Positions 37,725-49,600 of a DNA stretch of 64,000 bases are shown here, in pieces (within the stretch, counting starts at the first letter, position 1; every line of letters begins with the position of its first letter). This stretch comes from Phyllobates terribilis (lineage: Eukaryota): positions 804,636,001-804,700,000 of the forward strand of contig NW_027362764.1 in NCBI RefSeq assembly GCF_046119375.1, in the 5' to 3' direction. The position numbers were made by a program, and so were the translations under genes. The notes beneath the pieces were generated by a model, which was not told the origin of the DNA, searched no databases, and saw nothing but the letters and a program-made list of their open reading frames with translations.

Positions 37725-40016
37725 CAGTGGTTCTTAACCGGGGTTCTATCGAAGCCTAGGGGTTCGGTGAGTCGGTCTCAGGGGTTCGGCGGAGGTCAAG
37801 ACACACCCGACTCATTAATTAAATTCGTGATGACACGCCCCGCTTGGCCATCACTTGCTGCAGATGATTACGTTACATTATTTTGCCAATTAGTGCTGCG
37901 GGGAATTTAGTGTGCTCAGTAGTCACCGTGTGACTGTCGTAGTCGTACATTGGGTGGTTTCTTTCTTAATATTTTAATCCATACTAACTATGTCGAGCAA
38001 AAAAAGAAAGTGGTCGGACGAATATGTACAACATGGATTCACATGTATCACGGAACGTGATGGGAATCAGCGTCCTATCTGCATGATTTGCAATGCCAAG
38101 TTGAGCAACTCTAGTCTTGCACCGGCAAAACTGAAGGAACACTTCCTGAAGCTGCATGGAGATGAGGAATACGAGAACACAACGCTTGCTGAATTAAAGG
38201 TGAAAAGAGCCAGATTCGATGAAAGGGTCACTCTGCCTGCTCTTGGATTTGTACCCGTGAACCAACCGATCCTCACCGCATCGTACGAAGTTGCTTACCT
38301 GATCGCAAAGCAGGGCAAAGCCGCACACCATCGGCGAAACACTCATAAAACCAGCAGCATTAAAGATGGCGAATCTGATACTCGGAACAGCGGCCGAAGG
38401 TAAATTATCCCAAATTCCTCTTTCAAATGACACCATCAGAGACAGAATAGAGTGCATGAGTAAAGACATCTTGGCTCAAGTAGTCGCAGATCTAATTTCA
38501 AGTCCGGCAAAATTCAGCCTTCAACTCGACGAGACCACAGACGTTTCTAATCTAAGCCAGCTTGCTGTTTTCGTGCGCTATGTGAAAGACAACATGATAA
38601 AAGAAGAGTTTTTATTTTGTAAGCCTCTTACAACAACAACAAATAAGGCAGCCGATGTGAAGAAGCTTGTGGATGACTTCCTCAGAGACAACAATCTTTC
38701 ATGGGATATGGTTTCTGCAGTTTGTATGGACGGAGCTCCAGTCATGCTGGGAAGAAAGTCTGGTTTTGGTGCACTAGTAAAAGCCGATGCACCACACATC
38801 ATTGTTACGCATTGTATTCTGCACAGGCATGCGTTGGCAACAAAAACCTTGTCTCCAAAAATGGCAGAAGTATTAAAAACTGTAGTGGAATGTGTGAACT
38901 ATGTGCGAAATAGTGCTCTGAGGCACCGCATCTCCAGTGAGCTGTGTAAAGAAATAGGCTCTGAATTCGAGGTACTCCTGTACCATTCTAATGTTCGGTG
39001 GTTATCCCGGGGACAGGTGCTGAATCGTGTTTTTGCCATGCGTGTGGAATTAGCCCTGTTTTTGCAAGAGCACCAACATTTTCATGCAGATTGCTTCAAA
39101 AATCCTGAGTTCATTCTCATTTTAGCGTACATGGCTGATATATTTGCAGCTCTAAATCATCTCAATCAGCAGATGCAGGGTGGTGGAGTCAACATCATGG
39201 AAGCAGAAGAAAACCTGAAGGCTTTTAAAAAAAAATACAGTTATGGAAACGACAAACAGAGAACAATAACTTCGCAAACTTTGCCCCTTCTGGACGACTG
39301 TGTAAGTAAGATCGAAGATGTGTCTGGAATCAGAGACATTTCTGTATCCATGGAACTGAAGCAAACAATTGCCATGCACTTAGATGAGCTTGCAAAGTCT
39401 CTTGACGGATATTTCCCTACAAGAGAGTAATATCCAGCATGGGTGAGACAGCCATTCACGTTTGCTGTTGAGACAGCAGATGTCAATTATGAATACCTCG
39501 ACAAAATCATTGAAATTCAGCAGAGCCAGTTTCAACAGCAACTCTTCAGAACAACAACACTCTCAACGTTTTGGTGGAAAAGTACCCAATTATTGCTAAG
39601 AAAGACCTGGAATTTTTTATACCATTTGTTACAACGTATCTCTGCGAACAATCCTTTTTGAGGATGCTGGACATAGAAACAAAGAAAAGGAACAGACTTT
39701 GCTGTGAAAATGACATGAGAGTAGCACTTGCCAGGGTGAAGCCACGCATATCTGAACTGGTCTCTCAAAAACAATAGCAGAAGTCACACTGATTTGCAGG
39801 TATGTAATTTGTTGTGAGTTCATGCACTGTGTTGGTATTGTTCTTTGATCAAGGTGATGTTCATGCACGGTTAATTTTGTGCACCAGTAAAAAAACATAT
39901 ACCTATGTCTTGAATTTGGAAAAAAATCATATTTGATTTATCACTAAAGAAGGGTTCGGTGAATGTGCATTTGAAACTGGTGGGTTCGGTACCTCAAACA
40001 AGGTTAAGAACCACTG
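37725..40016 (+). mobile_element. Buster/Charlie-type hAT transposon, full length (2292 bp)
   Basis: 15-bp TIR CAGTGGTTCTTAACC at both ends and a perfect 8-bp TSD CTCTAGAC. Confidence 0.96.
37990..39777 (+). pseudogene. Buster-type transposase (ZBED5/FAM200-like), frameshifted
   Basis: BED finger (CMIC...HFLKLH), FSLQLDE, CMDGA, HCILH, RWLSRG and TTYLCEQSF, spread over three frames. Confidence 0.93.
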
Positions 40017-40236
40017 CTCTAGACACTCAATAGTCATGGGTGGTAGATAGGATCTGATTATTAATCTAGAAACGGACCAAGGGGTACACTACTGGTCTAG
40101 GGGTATATTGAGACATGTATAGCTATAATATTTATGCTGTATAGTCCTGCATTAGGGTCGCACATGTGATATGTAATTTGACTGCATGACAGTTATACTT
40201 ACATGCCCTTTAACTTGTTATATGTACCTTAATATA

Positions 40237-41862
40237 CAGTACAGACCAAAAGTTTGGACACACCTTCTCATTTAAAGATTTTTCTGTATTTTCATAACTA
40301 TGAAAATTGTACATTCACACTGAAGGCATCAAAACTATGAATTAACACATGTGGAATTATATACTTAACAAAAAAGTGTGAAACAACTGAAAATATGTCT
40401 TATATTCTAGGTTCTTCAAAGTAGCCACCTTTTGCTTTGATGACTGCTTTGCACACTCTTGGCATTCTCTTGATGAGCTTCAAGAGGTAGTCACCGGAAA
40501 TGGTCTTCCAACAATCTTGAAGGAGTTCCCAGAGATACTTAGCACTTGTTGGCCCTTTTGCCTTCACTCTGCGGTCCAGCTCACTCCAAACCATCTCGAT
40601 TGGGTTCAGGTCTGGTGACTGTGGAGACCAGGTCATCTGGCGTAGCACCCCATCACTCTCCTCCTTGGTCAAATAGCCCTTACACAGCCTGGAGGTGTGT
40701 TTGGGGTCATTGTCCTGTTGAAAAATAAATGATGGTCCAACTAAACGCAAACCGGATGGAATAGCATGCCGCTGCAAGATGCTGTGGTAGCCCTGCTGGT
40801 TCAGTATGCCTTCAATTTTGAATAAATCCCCAACAGTGTCACCAGCAAAGCACACCCACACAATCACACCTCCTCCTCCATGCTTCATGGTGGGAACCAG
40901 GCATGTAGAGTCCATCCGTTCACCTTTTCTGCGTCGCACAAAGACACGGTGGTTGGAACCAAAGATCTCAAATTTGGACTCATCAGACCAAAGCACAGAT
41001 TTCCACTGGTCTAATGTCCATTCCTTGTGTTCTTTAGCCCAAACAAGTCTCTTCTGCTTGTTGCCTGTCCTTTGCAGTGGTTTCCTACCAGTTATTTTAC
41101 CATGAAGGCCTACTGCACAAAGTCTCCTCTTAACAGTTGTAGAGATGTGTCTGCTGCTAGAACTCTGTGTGGCATTGACCTGGTTTCTAATCTGAGCTGC
41201 TGTTAACCTGCGATTTCTGAGGCTGGTGACTCGGATAAACTATCCTCAGAAGCAGAGGTGACTCTTGGTCCTCCATTCCTGGGGCGGTCCTCATGTGAGC
41301 CAGTTTCTTTGTAGCGCTTGATGGTTTTTGCAACTGCACTTGGGGACACTTTCAAAGTTTGCCCAATTTTTTCACACTGACTGACCTTCATTTCTTAAAG
41401 TAATGATGGCCACTCGTTTTTCTTTACTTAGCTGCTTTTTTCTTGCCATAATTCAAATTCTAACAGTCTATTCAGTAGGACTATCAGCTGTGTATCCACC
41501 TGACTTCTGCACAACACAACTGATGGTCCCAACCCCATTTATAAGGCAAGAAATCCCACTTATTAAACCTGACAGGGCACACCTGTGAAGTGAAAACCAT
41601 TTCCGGTGACTACCTCTTGAAGCTCATCAAGAGAATGCCAAGAGTGTGCAAAGCAGTCATCAAAGCAAAAGGTGGCTACTTTGAAGAACCTAGAATATAA
41701 GACATATTTTCAGTTGTTTCACACTTTTTGTTAAGTATATAATTCCACATGTGTTAATTCATAGTTTTGATGCCTTCAGTGTGAATGTACAATTTTCAAA
41801 GTCATGAAAATACAGAAAAATCTTCAAATGAGAAGGTGTGTCCAAACTTTTGGTCTGTACTG
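40237..41862 (-). mobile_element. Tc1/mariner element with about 270-bp TIRs
   Basis: TA TSD and CAGTACAGACCAAAAGTTTGGACAC ends. ORF 40400-40996 has WSDESK, QQDNDPKH and SPDLNPIE. The N-terminal part is frameshifted. Confidence 0.96.
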
Positions 41863-42605
41863 TACATGTTTCTTATACTTGTATGCAGGAGGCATTTGTT
41901 GCAAAAAAAAAAAAAAACTATGTGCACAACCAACTTGTCATTTGTACTTGCAATCTTGTGATTAGCAGCTCACACAGAGGTGGAAACCTCACATGTGCTT
42001 TTAATTGTTTTTTAATGGTGTCCATATGTTCACCTAATAAACTCTGTATATACTTTATGGTTAACTCATGGTTTTATGGGCTACATTTATTGGTACTATA
42101 GAAATATTTTATGTTTCGGTGCTTCATATTGCACTATAGTAGGTTCACAGATCAGGAGTTTCATTTGTGGGTGCAATTGCACGGAACATTCTTATATACC
42201 TTTGTAGTATACTGACCTTTCCTTTCGTTTCAATGGAACTGTTAATGTGTGATTGGTGAGGACATGGTGCAGAAGTCGAGGTTTTCCAGGAGTGGGCGGT
42301 GTACTGTGGAAGGTTCGAGGGATGGAGGCAGAGCTGGGGTGAAGACTGGGGCAGAGTCTCAGGGGGGCCCGAAAATGTTGACAGTATGGGGCCCTGAAAT
42401 TTCTGGTGGCATCCCTGCCCACATACACCTTGAACACCAAGCCTACTCCCCCTTCCACCACATTCTGGTATTTTCCCACAAAACACTTATATACTGAAAT
42501 GTGGCCTACATTCTAAAGCACACTGTTGGCACTAAGAATATAGATTTTCAAATGAGGACTCCTGTCTGGAGCACAAAATTAGCAGCACAAAAGAGTTATA
42601 GTATA

Positions 42606-44061
42606 CACTACCGTTCAAAAGTTTGGGGTCATTTAGAAATTTCATTATTTTCGACAGAAAAGCACATTGTTTTCAATGAAGCTAACATTAAATGAATCAG
42701 AAATACCCTCTATACATTGTTAATGTGGTAAATGACTATTCTAGCTGCAAACGTCTTGTTTTTATTGCAGTATCTACATAGGTGTATAGAGGCTCATTTC
42801 CAACAACCACCACTCCAGTGTTTTAATGGTACATTGTGCTTGCTAACTGTGTAAGAAGCTAATGGATATTTAGAAAACCCTAGAAAACCCTAGCACAAGT
42901 ATGTGAGCCCAGCTGAAAACGGTTTGTCTGATTTGAGAAGCTATAAAATTGACCTTCCTTTGAGCTAGTTGAGAATCTGGAGCATTACATTTGTTTGTTC
43001 TATGAAACTCTCAAAATGGCCAGAAAAAGAGAACTTTCATGTGAAACTCGACAGTCTATTCTTGTTCTTAGAAATGAAGGCTATTCCATGCGAGAAATTG
43101 CCAAGAAACTGAAGATTTCCTACAACGGTGTGTACTACTCCCTTCAGAGGAGAGCACAAACAAGCTCTAACCAGAGTAGAAAGAGAAGTGGGAGGCCCCG
43201 CTGCACAACTGAGCAACAAGACAAGGACATTAGAGTCTATAGTGTGAGAAATCGACGCCTCACAGCTCCTCAACTGGCAGCTTCATTAAATAGTACAGGC
43301 AAAACGCCAGTGTCAACGTCTACAGTGAAGAGGCGACTCCGGGATGCTGGCCTTCAGGGCAAAGTGGCAAAGAAAAAGCCATATCTGAGACTGGCTAATA
43401 AAAGGAAAAGATTAATATGGGCAAAAGAGCACAGACATTGGACAGAGGAAGATTGGAAAAAAGTTTTAGTGACAGGCGAATCAAAGTTTGAGGTGTTTGG
43501 ATCACACAGAAGAACATTTGTGAGACGCAGAGCAACTGAAAAGATGTTGGAAGAGTGCCTGACGCCATCTGTCAAGCATGGTGGAGGTAATGTGATGGTC
43601 TGGGGTTGCTTTGGTGCTGGTAAAGTGGGAGATTTGTACAAGGTAAATGGGATTTTGAATAAGGAAGGCTATCACTCCATTTTGCAACACCATGCCATAC
43701 CCTGTGGACAGCGCTTGATTTGAGCCAATTTTATCCTACAACAGGACAATGGCCCAAAGCACACCTCCAAATTATACATGAACTATATAGGGAAGAAGCA
43801 GGCAGCTGGTATTCTATCTGTAATGGAGTGGCCAGCGCAGTCACCAGATCTCAGCCCCATTGAGCTGTTGTGGGAGCACCTTGACCGTATGGTACGCAAA
43901 AAGTGCCCATCAAGCCAATCCAACTTGTGGAGGGGGTTCAGGAAGCATGGGGGGAAATGTCTCAAGATTACCTCAGCGAATTAACAGCTAGAATGCATAA
44001 AGTCTGCAATGCACAAAAACACAAAATTGTCTGGATGACCCCAACCTTTTGAACGGTAGTG
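42606..44061 (+). mobile_element. Second Tc1/mariner element, defective
   Basis: TA TSD and TIR CACTACCGTTCAAAAGTTTGGGGTCA. The transposase starts at ATG 43016, has its first catalytic D changed (VTGESK), a stop at 43721-43723 and a later frameshift. Confidence 0.94.
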
Positions 44062-44063
44062 TA

Positions 44064-44229
44064 TGTATTACATTATCACTGTGCACCGGGCTGTATTAGG
44101 TCACTGTGCACCGGGCTGTATTAGGTCACTGTGCACCGGGCTGTATTAGGTCACTGTGCACCGGGCTGTATTAGGTCACTGTGCACCGGGCTGTATTAGG
44201 TCACTGTGCACCGGGCTGTATTAGGTCAC
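44064..44229. repeat. 25-bp satellite, first segment
   Basis: (CTGTATTAGGTCACTGTGCACCGGG)n begins right after the Tc1 end. Confidence 0.95.
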
Positions 44230-46684
44230 TGTAATGCACACGCCCGGGCTGAGCGGCGTGTGCGTGTGATTCCACTGGACCGTGCCGGAGAGTGAATGCC
44301 TGGAGGGGCGTAACTAGGTATTCACCCAATCCGACCAGGGTCGCACGACGGCATACGACGCCAGTGCACCCAGGAGGAACCAAGCAGAGGGACCAGGTGC
44401 TACTCCAGGACAGACCCCGGACACGGCTGTTGACCCACACAGGGGAATACAGGAACAGACTGGTTAGGCCGGCACACAGACTGGTGGGAATAGGCAGGCA
44501 CGACTGGTATGCGGGCAGGCGGGTATGCAGGCAGGGGGGTACAGGCAAGCACGGCTAGAGTGCAGACAGGAAGGCACTAGCAGGTAGGAACACAGGCGGG
44601 ATAGGACCCAGTACACACTGGGACTCTGGAACAGAACCACAGATGTGGCGGACAAACACAGCAGAGTGAGGCCACCCAGGGAGGTGAGCGAGAGCAGGGC
44701 AGGACGAGACCGCCTGGAGCGGTGAGCAAGAGCAGGGCAGGACGAGACCGCCTGGAGCGGTGAGCAAGAGCAGGGCAGGACGAGACCGCCTGGAGCGGTG
44801 AGCAAGAGCAGGGCAGGACGAGACCGCCTGGAGCGGTGAGCAAGAGCAGGGCAGGACGAGACCGCCTGGAGCGGTGAGCAAGAGCAGGGCAGGACGAGAC
44901 CGCCTGGAGCGGTGAGCAAGAGCAGAGCAGGACGAGACCGCCTGGAGCGGTGAGCAAGAGCAGAGCAGGACGAGACCGCCTGGAGCGGTGAGCAAGAGCA
45001 GAGCAGGACGAGACCGCCTGGAGCGGTGAGCAAGAGCAGAGCAGGACGAGACCGCCTGGAGCGGTGAGCAAGAGCAGAGCAGGACGAGACCGCCTGGAGC
45101 GGTGAGCAAGAGCAGAGCAGGACGAGACCGCCTGGAGCGGTGAGCAAGAGCAGAGCAGGACGAGACCGCCTGGAGCGGTGAGCAAGAGCAGAGCAGGACG
45201 AGACCGCCTGGAGCGGTGAGCAAGAGCAGAGCAGGACGAGACCGCCTGGAGCGGTGAGCAAGAGCAGAGCAGGACGAGACCGCCTGGAGCGGTGAGCAAG
45301 AGCAGAGCAGGACGAGACCGCCTGGAGCGGTGAGCAAGAGCAGAGCAGGACGAGACCGCCTGGAGCGGTGAGCAAGAGCAGAGCAGGACGAGACCGCCTG
45401 GAGCGGTGAGCAAGAGCAGAGCAGGACGAGACCGCCTGGAGCGGTGAGCAAGAGCAGGGCAGGACAAGACCGCCTGGAGCGGTGAGCAAGAGCAGAGCAG
45501 GACGAGACCGCCTGGAGCGGTGAGCAAGAGCAGAGCAGGACGAGACCGCCTGGAGCGGTGAGCAAGAGCAGAGCAGGACGAGACCGCCTGGAGCGGTGAG
45601 CAAGAGCAGAGCAGGACGAGACCGCCTGGAGCGGTGAGCAAGAGCAGAGCAGGACGAGACCGCCTGGAGCGGTGAGCAAGAGCAGAGCAGGACGAGACCG
45701 CCTGGAGAGGTGAGCAAGAGCAGAGCAGGACGAGACCGCCTGGAGCGGTGAGCAAAGGGTCAGAGCTGAGCGAGACTGCCGGAGCAGTGAGCAAGGAGTC
45801 AGAGCAGGACGAGGCCGCCTGGAGCAGAGCGAGACTGAGCAGGGGGAACAGGGCTCTGTTCACACGGAACAGACAGGAAGGGAAAGGCAGAGCCAGATGC
45901 CCACAAGGAACTTGCAGCGAAGTAGCGAGTGGACCACAAACACACAAACGGGAGTACAGAGAGAACAAGCAGGAGTTAGGTACGAGTTCAAACTCTGCAG
46001 AAAAAGGAAAGGAACGGACATAGAGGCAAAACAGGTAAAGGATAGGAGAGAGTTCAGACTGGAACTGAGTGTACGGAAGAGACCGACACTGCAGCGGGAT
46101 ACAGGAGCGGGTCTGGGAATACGGCCCCCAGAGAGGCGGGACAAACAGGCAAGGAGCGTGTTCAAACAGGACAGACAAGATACAGGAGCGGGTCTAGGTA
46201 ATCGGCCCCTAGATGGCGGGAGGAACAGGCTAGGAGCGAGTTCAGACAGGACAGACAAGATACAGGAGCGGGTCTAGGTAATCGGACCCTAGAAGGCGGG
46301 AGGAACAGGCTAGGAGCGTGTTCAGACAGGCCTGGAAATACAGCCTCCAGGATAGGCAGACAAGAGAACACAGAACGGGACCTGGCACCTTCAGAGTGCA
46401 AGCACACACTGAATGAAACACAATGCTCAGGCAGGGATTGATTGGGGCAGCTGGGTTAAATACCAGGTGACAGACAGCAATAGGCTGAGGACGCACAAGG
46501 GGTGTGACCCACAGCAGGTACAAAAAGCAGGAAGTGATCGGGCGCCGCCCTTAAGCAGCAGAAACAGACACAAACAGACAGCATGGAGGGAAGCCAGAGA
46601 GACATTCTGGACTAGAGATTAAGTGCGCGCTCTTGCACAGTGGGAGATGGACCACTATGCAAGGACGCCGCCAGGTATGTTACA
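44230..46684 (+). mobile_element. Solo-LTR-like element A with an internal VNTR
   Basis: TGTAATGCAC...GGTATGTTACA termini, a 5-bp TSD (GTCAC) and no coding sequence. Confidence 0.85.
44686..45753. repeat. 38-bp VNTR (GAGCAAGAGCAGAGCAGGACGAGACCGCCTGGAGCGGT)n, about 28 copies
   Basis: Period 38 (44701 to 44739). Confidence 0.97.
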
Positions 46685-49600
46685 GTCACTGTACTCCGGG
46701 CTGTATTAGGTCACTGTACACCGGGCTGTATTAGGTCACTGTACTCCGGGCTGTATTAGGTCACTGTGCACCGGGCTGTATTAGGTCACTGTACACCGGG
46801 CTGTATTGGGTCACTGTACACCGGGCTGTATTAGGTCACTGTACACCGGGCTGTATTAGGTCACTGTACACGGCTGTATTTGGTCACTGTACACCAAGCT
46901 GTATTAGGTCACTGTACACCGGGCTGTATTAGGTCACTGTACACCGGGCTGTATTAGGTCACTGTACACGGCTGTATTTGGTCACTGTGCACCGGGCTGT
47001 ATTAGATCACTGTGCACCGGGCTGTATTAGGTCACTGTACACGGCTGTATTTGGTCACTGTACACCTGGCTGTATTAGGTCACTGCACACCTGGCTGTAT
47101 TAGGTCACTGTACACTGGGCTGTATTAGGTCACTGTACACGGCTGTATTTCGTCACTGTACACCGGGCTGTATTAGGTCACTGTACACCGGGCTGTATTA
47201 GGTCACTGTACACGGCTGTATTTGGTCACTGTACACCGAGCTGTATTAGGTCACTGTACACCGGGCTGTATTAGGTCACTGTACACCGGGCTGTATTAGG
47301 TCACTATGCACCGGGCTGTATTAGGTCACTGTACACGGCTGTATTTGGTCACTGTACACCGGGCTGTATTAGGTCACTGTACTCAGATGTATTAGATCAC
47401 TGTACACCGGGCTGTATTAGGTCACTGTACATCGGGCTGTATTAGGTCACTGTACACCGGACTGTATTAGGTCACTCTGCACCAGGCTGTATATGGTCAC
47501 AGTAAACCAGACGGTATTAGGTCACTGTACACCGGGCTGTATTAGGTCACTGTATTCGGCTTTATTAGGTCACTGTACTTGGCTGTATTAGGTCACTGTA
47601 CACCGGGCTATATTAGGTCACTGTACTCGGCTGTATTAGGTCACTGTACACCTGGCTGTATTAGGTCACTGTACACTGGGCTGTATTAGGTCACTGTACA
47701 CGGCTGTATTAGGTAACTGTACACCGGGCTGTATTAGGTCACTGTGCACCGGGCTGTATTAGGTCACTGTATTCGGCTTTATTAGGTCACTGTACTTGGC
47801 TGTATTAGGTCACTGTACACCGGGCTGTATAAGGTCACTGTACACCGAGCTGTATTAGGTCACTGTGCACCGGGCTGTATTAGGTCACTGTACTCGGCTG
47901 TATAAAGTCACTATACTCGGCTGTATTAGGTCACTGTACACCGGGCTGTATTAGGTCACTGTGCACCGGGCTGTATTAGTTCACTGTGCACCGGGCTGTA
48001 TTAGGTCACTGTACACCGGGCTGTATTAGGTCACTGTGCACCAGGCTGTATTAGGTCACTGTACTCGGCTGTATTAGGTCACTGTACTCGGCTGTATTAG
48101 GTCACTGTACACTGGGCTGTATTAGGTCACTGTGCACCGGGCTGTAATAGGTCACTGTATTCGGCTTTATTAGGTCACTGTACTTGGCTGTATTAGGTCA
48201 CTGTACACCGGGCTGTATTAGGTCACTGTACTCGGCTGTATTAGGTCACACTACACCGGGCTGTATTAGTTCACTGTACACCGGGCTGTATAAGGTCACT
48301 GTACTCGGCTGTATTAGGTCGCTGTACACCGGGCTGTATTAGGTCACTGTACACCGAGCTGTATTAGGTCACTGTGCACCGGGCTGTATTAGGTCACTGT
48401 ACACCGGGCTGTATTAGGTCACTGTGCACCAGGCTGTATTAGGTCACTGTACTCGGCTGTATTAGGTCACTGTACTCGGCTGTATTAGGTCACTGTACAC
48501 CGGGCTGTATTAGGTCACTGTACTCGGCTGTATTAAGTCACTGTACACCGAGCTGTATTAGGTCACTGTACACCGGGCTGTATTAGGTCACTGTGCACCG
48601 GGCTGTATTAGGTCACTGTGCACCAGGCTGTATTAGGTCACTGTGCACCGGGCTGTATTAGGTCACTGTGCACCGGGCTGTATTAGGTCACTGTACACGG
48701 CTGTATTTGGTGACTGTACACCGAGCTGTATTAGGTCACTGTGCACCGGGCTGTATTAGATCACTGTACTCCGGGCTGTATTAGTTCACTGTACACCGGG
48801 CTGTATTAGGTCACTGTGCACCGGGCTGTATTAGATCACTGTACTCCGGGCTGTATTAGTTCACTGTACACCGGGCTGTATTAGGTCACTGTACACCGGG
48901 CTGTATTAGGTCACTGTACACCGGGCTGTATTAGATCATTGTACTCCGGGCTGTATTAGATCACTGTACTCCGGGCTGTATTAGGTCACTGTACACCTGG
49001 CTGTATTAGATCACTGTACACCGGGCTGTATTAGGTCACTGTGCATCGGGCTGTATTAGGTCACTGTACACCTGGCTGTATTAGGTCACTGTGCACCGGG
49101 CTGTATTAGATCACCGTACTCCGGGCTGTATTAGTTCACTGTACACAGGGCTGTATTAGGTCACTGTACACCTGGCTGTATTAGATCATTGTACTCCGGG
49201 CTGTATTAGATCACTGTACTCCGGGCTGTATTAGTTCACTGTACACCGGGCTGTATTAGGTCACTGTACACCTGGCTGTATTAGGTCACTGTACTCGGCT
49301 GTATTAGGTCACTCTACACCGGGCTGTATTAGGTCACTGTGCACCAGGCTGTAATAGGTCACTGTATTCGGCTTTATTAGGTCACTGTACTTGGCTGTAT
49401 TAGGTCACTGTACACCGGGCTGTATTAGGTCACTGTACTCGGCTGTATTAGGTCACAGTACACCGGGCTGTATTAGTTCACTGTACACCCGGCTGTATAA
49501 GGTCACTGTACTCGGCTGTATTAGGTCACTGTACTCGGCTGTATTAGGTCACTGTACACCGGGCTGTATTAGGTCACTGTACACCGAGCTGTATTAGGTC

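Noticed and set aside
42145-42497. Short ORFs between the two Tc1 elements as a host exon
   Set aside because: No recognisable domain or convincing splice context. It cannot be supported without a database search.
44464-46178. 400-530 aa ORFs, and the 450-850 aa ORFs at 53717-56274
   Set aside because: Translations of 38-bp and 37-bp VNTRs that lack stop codons.
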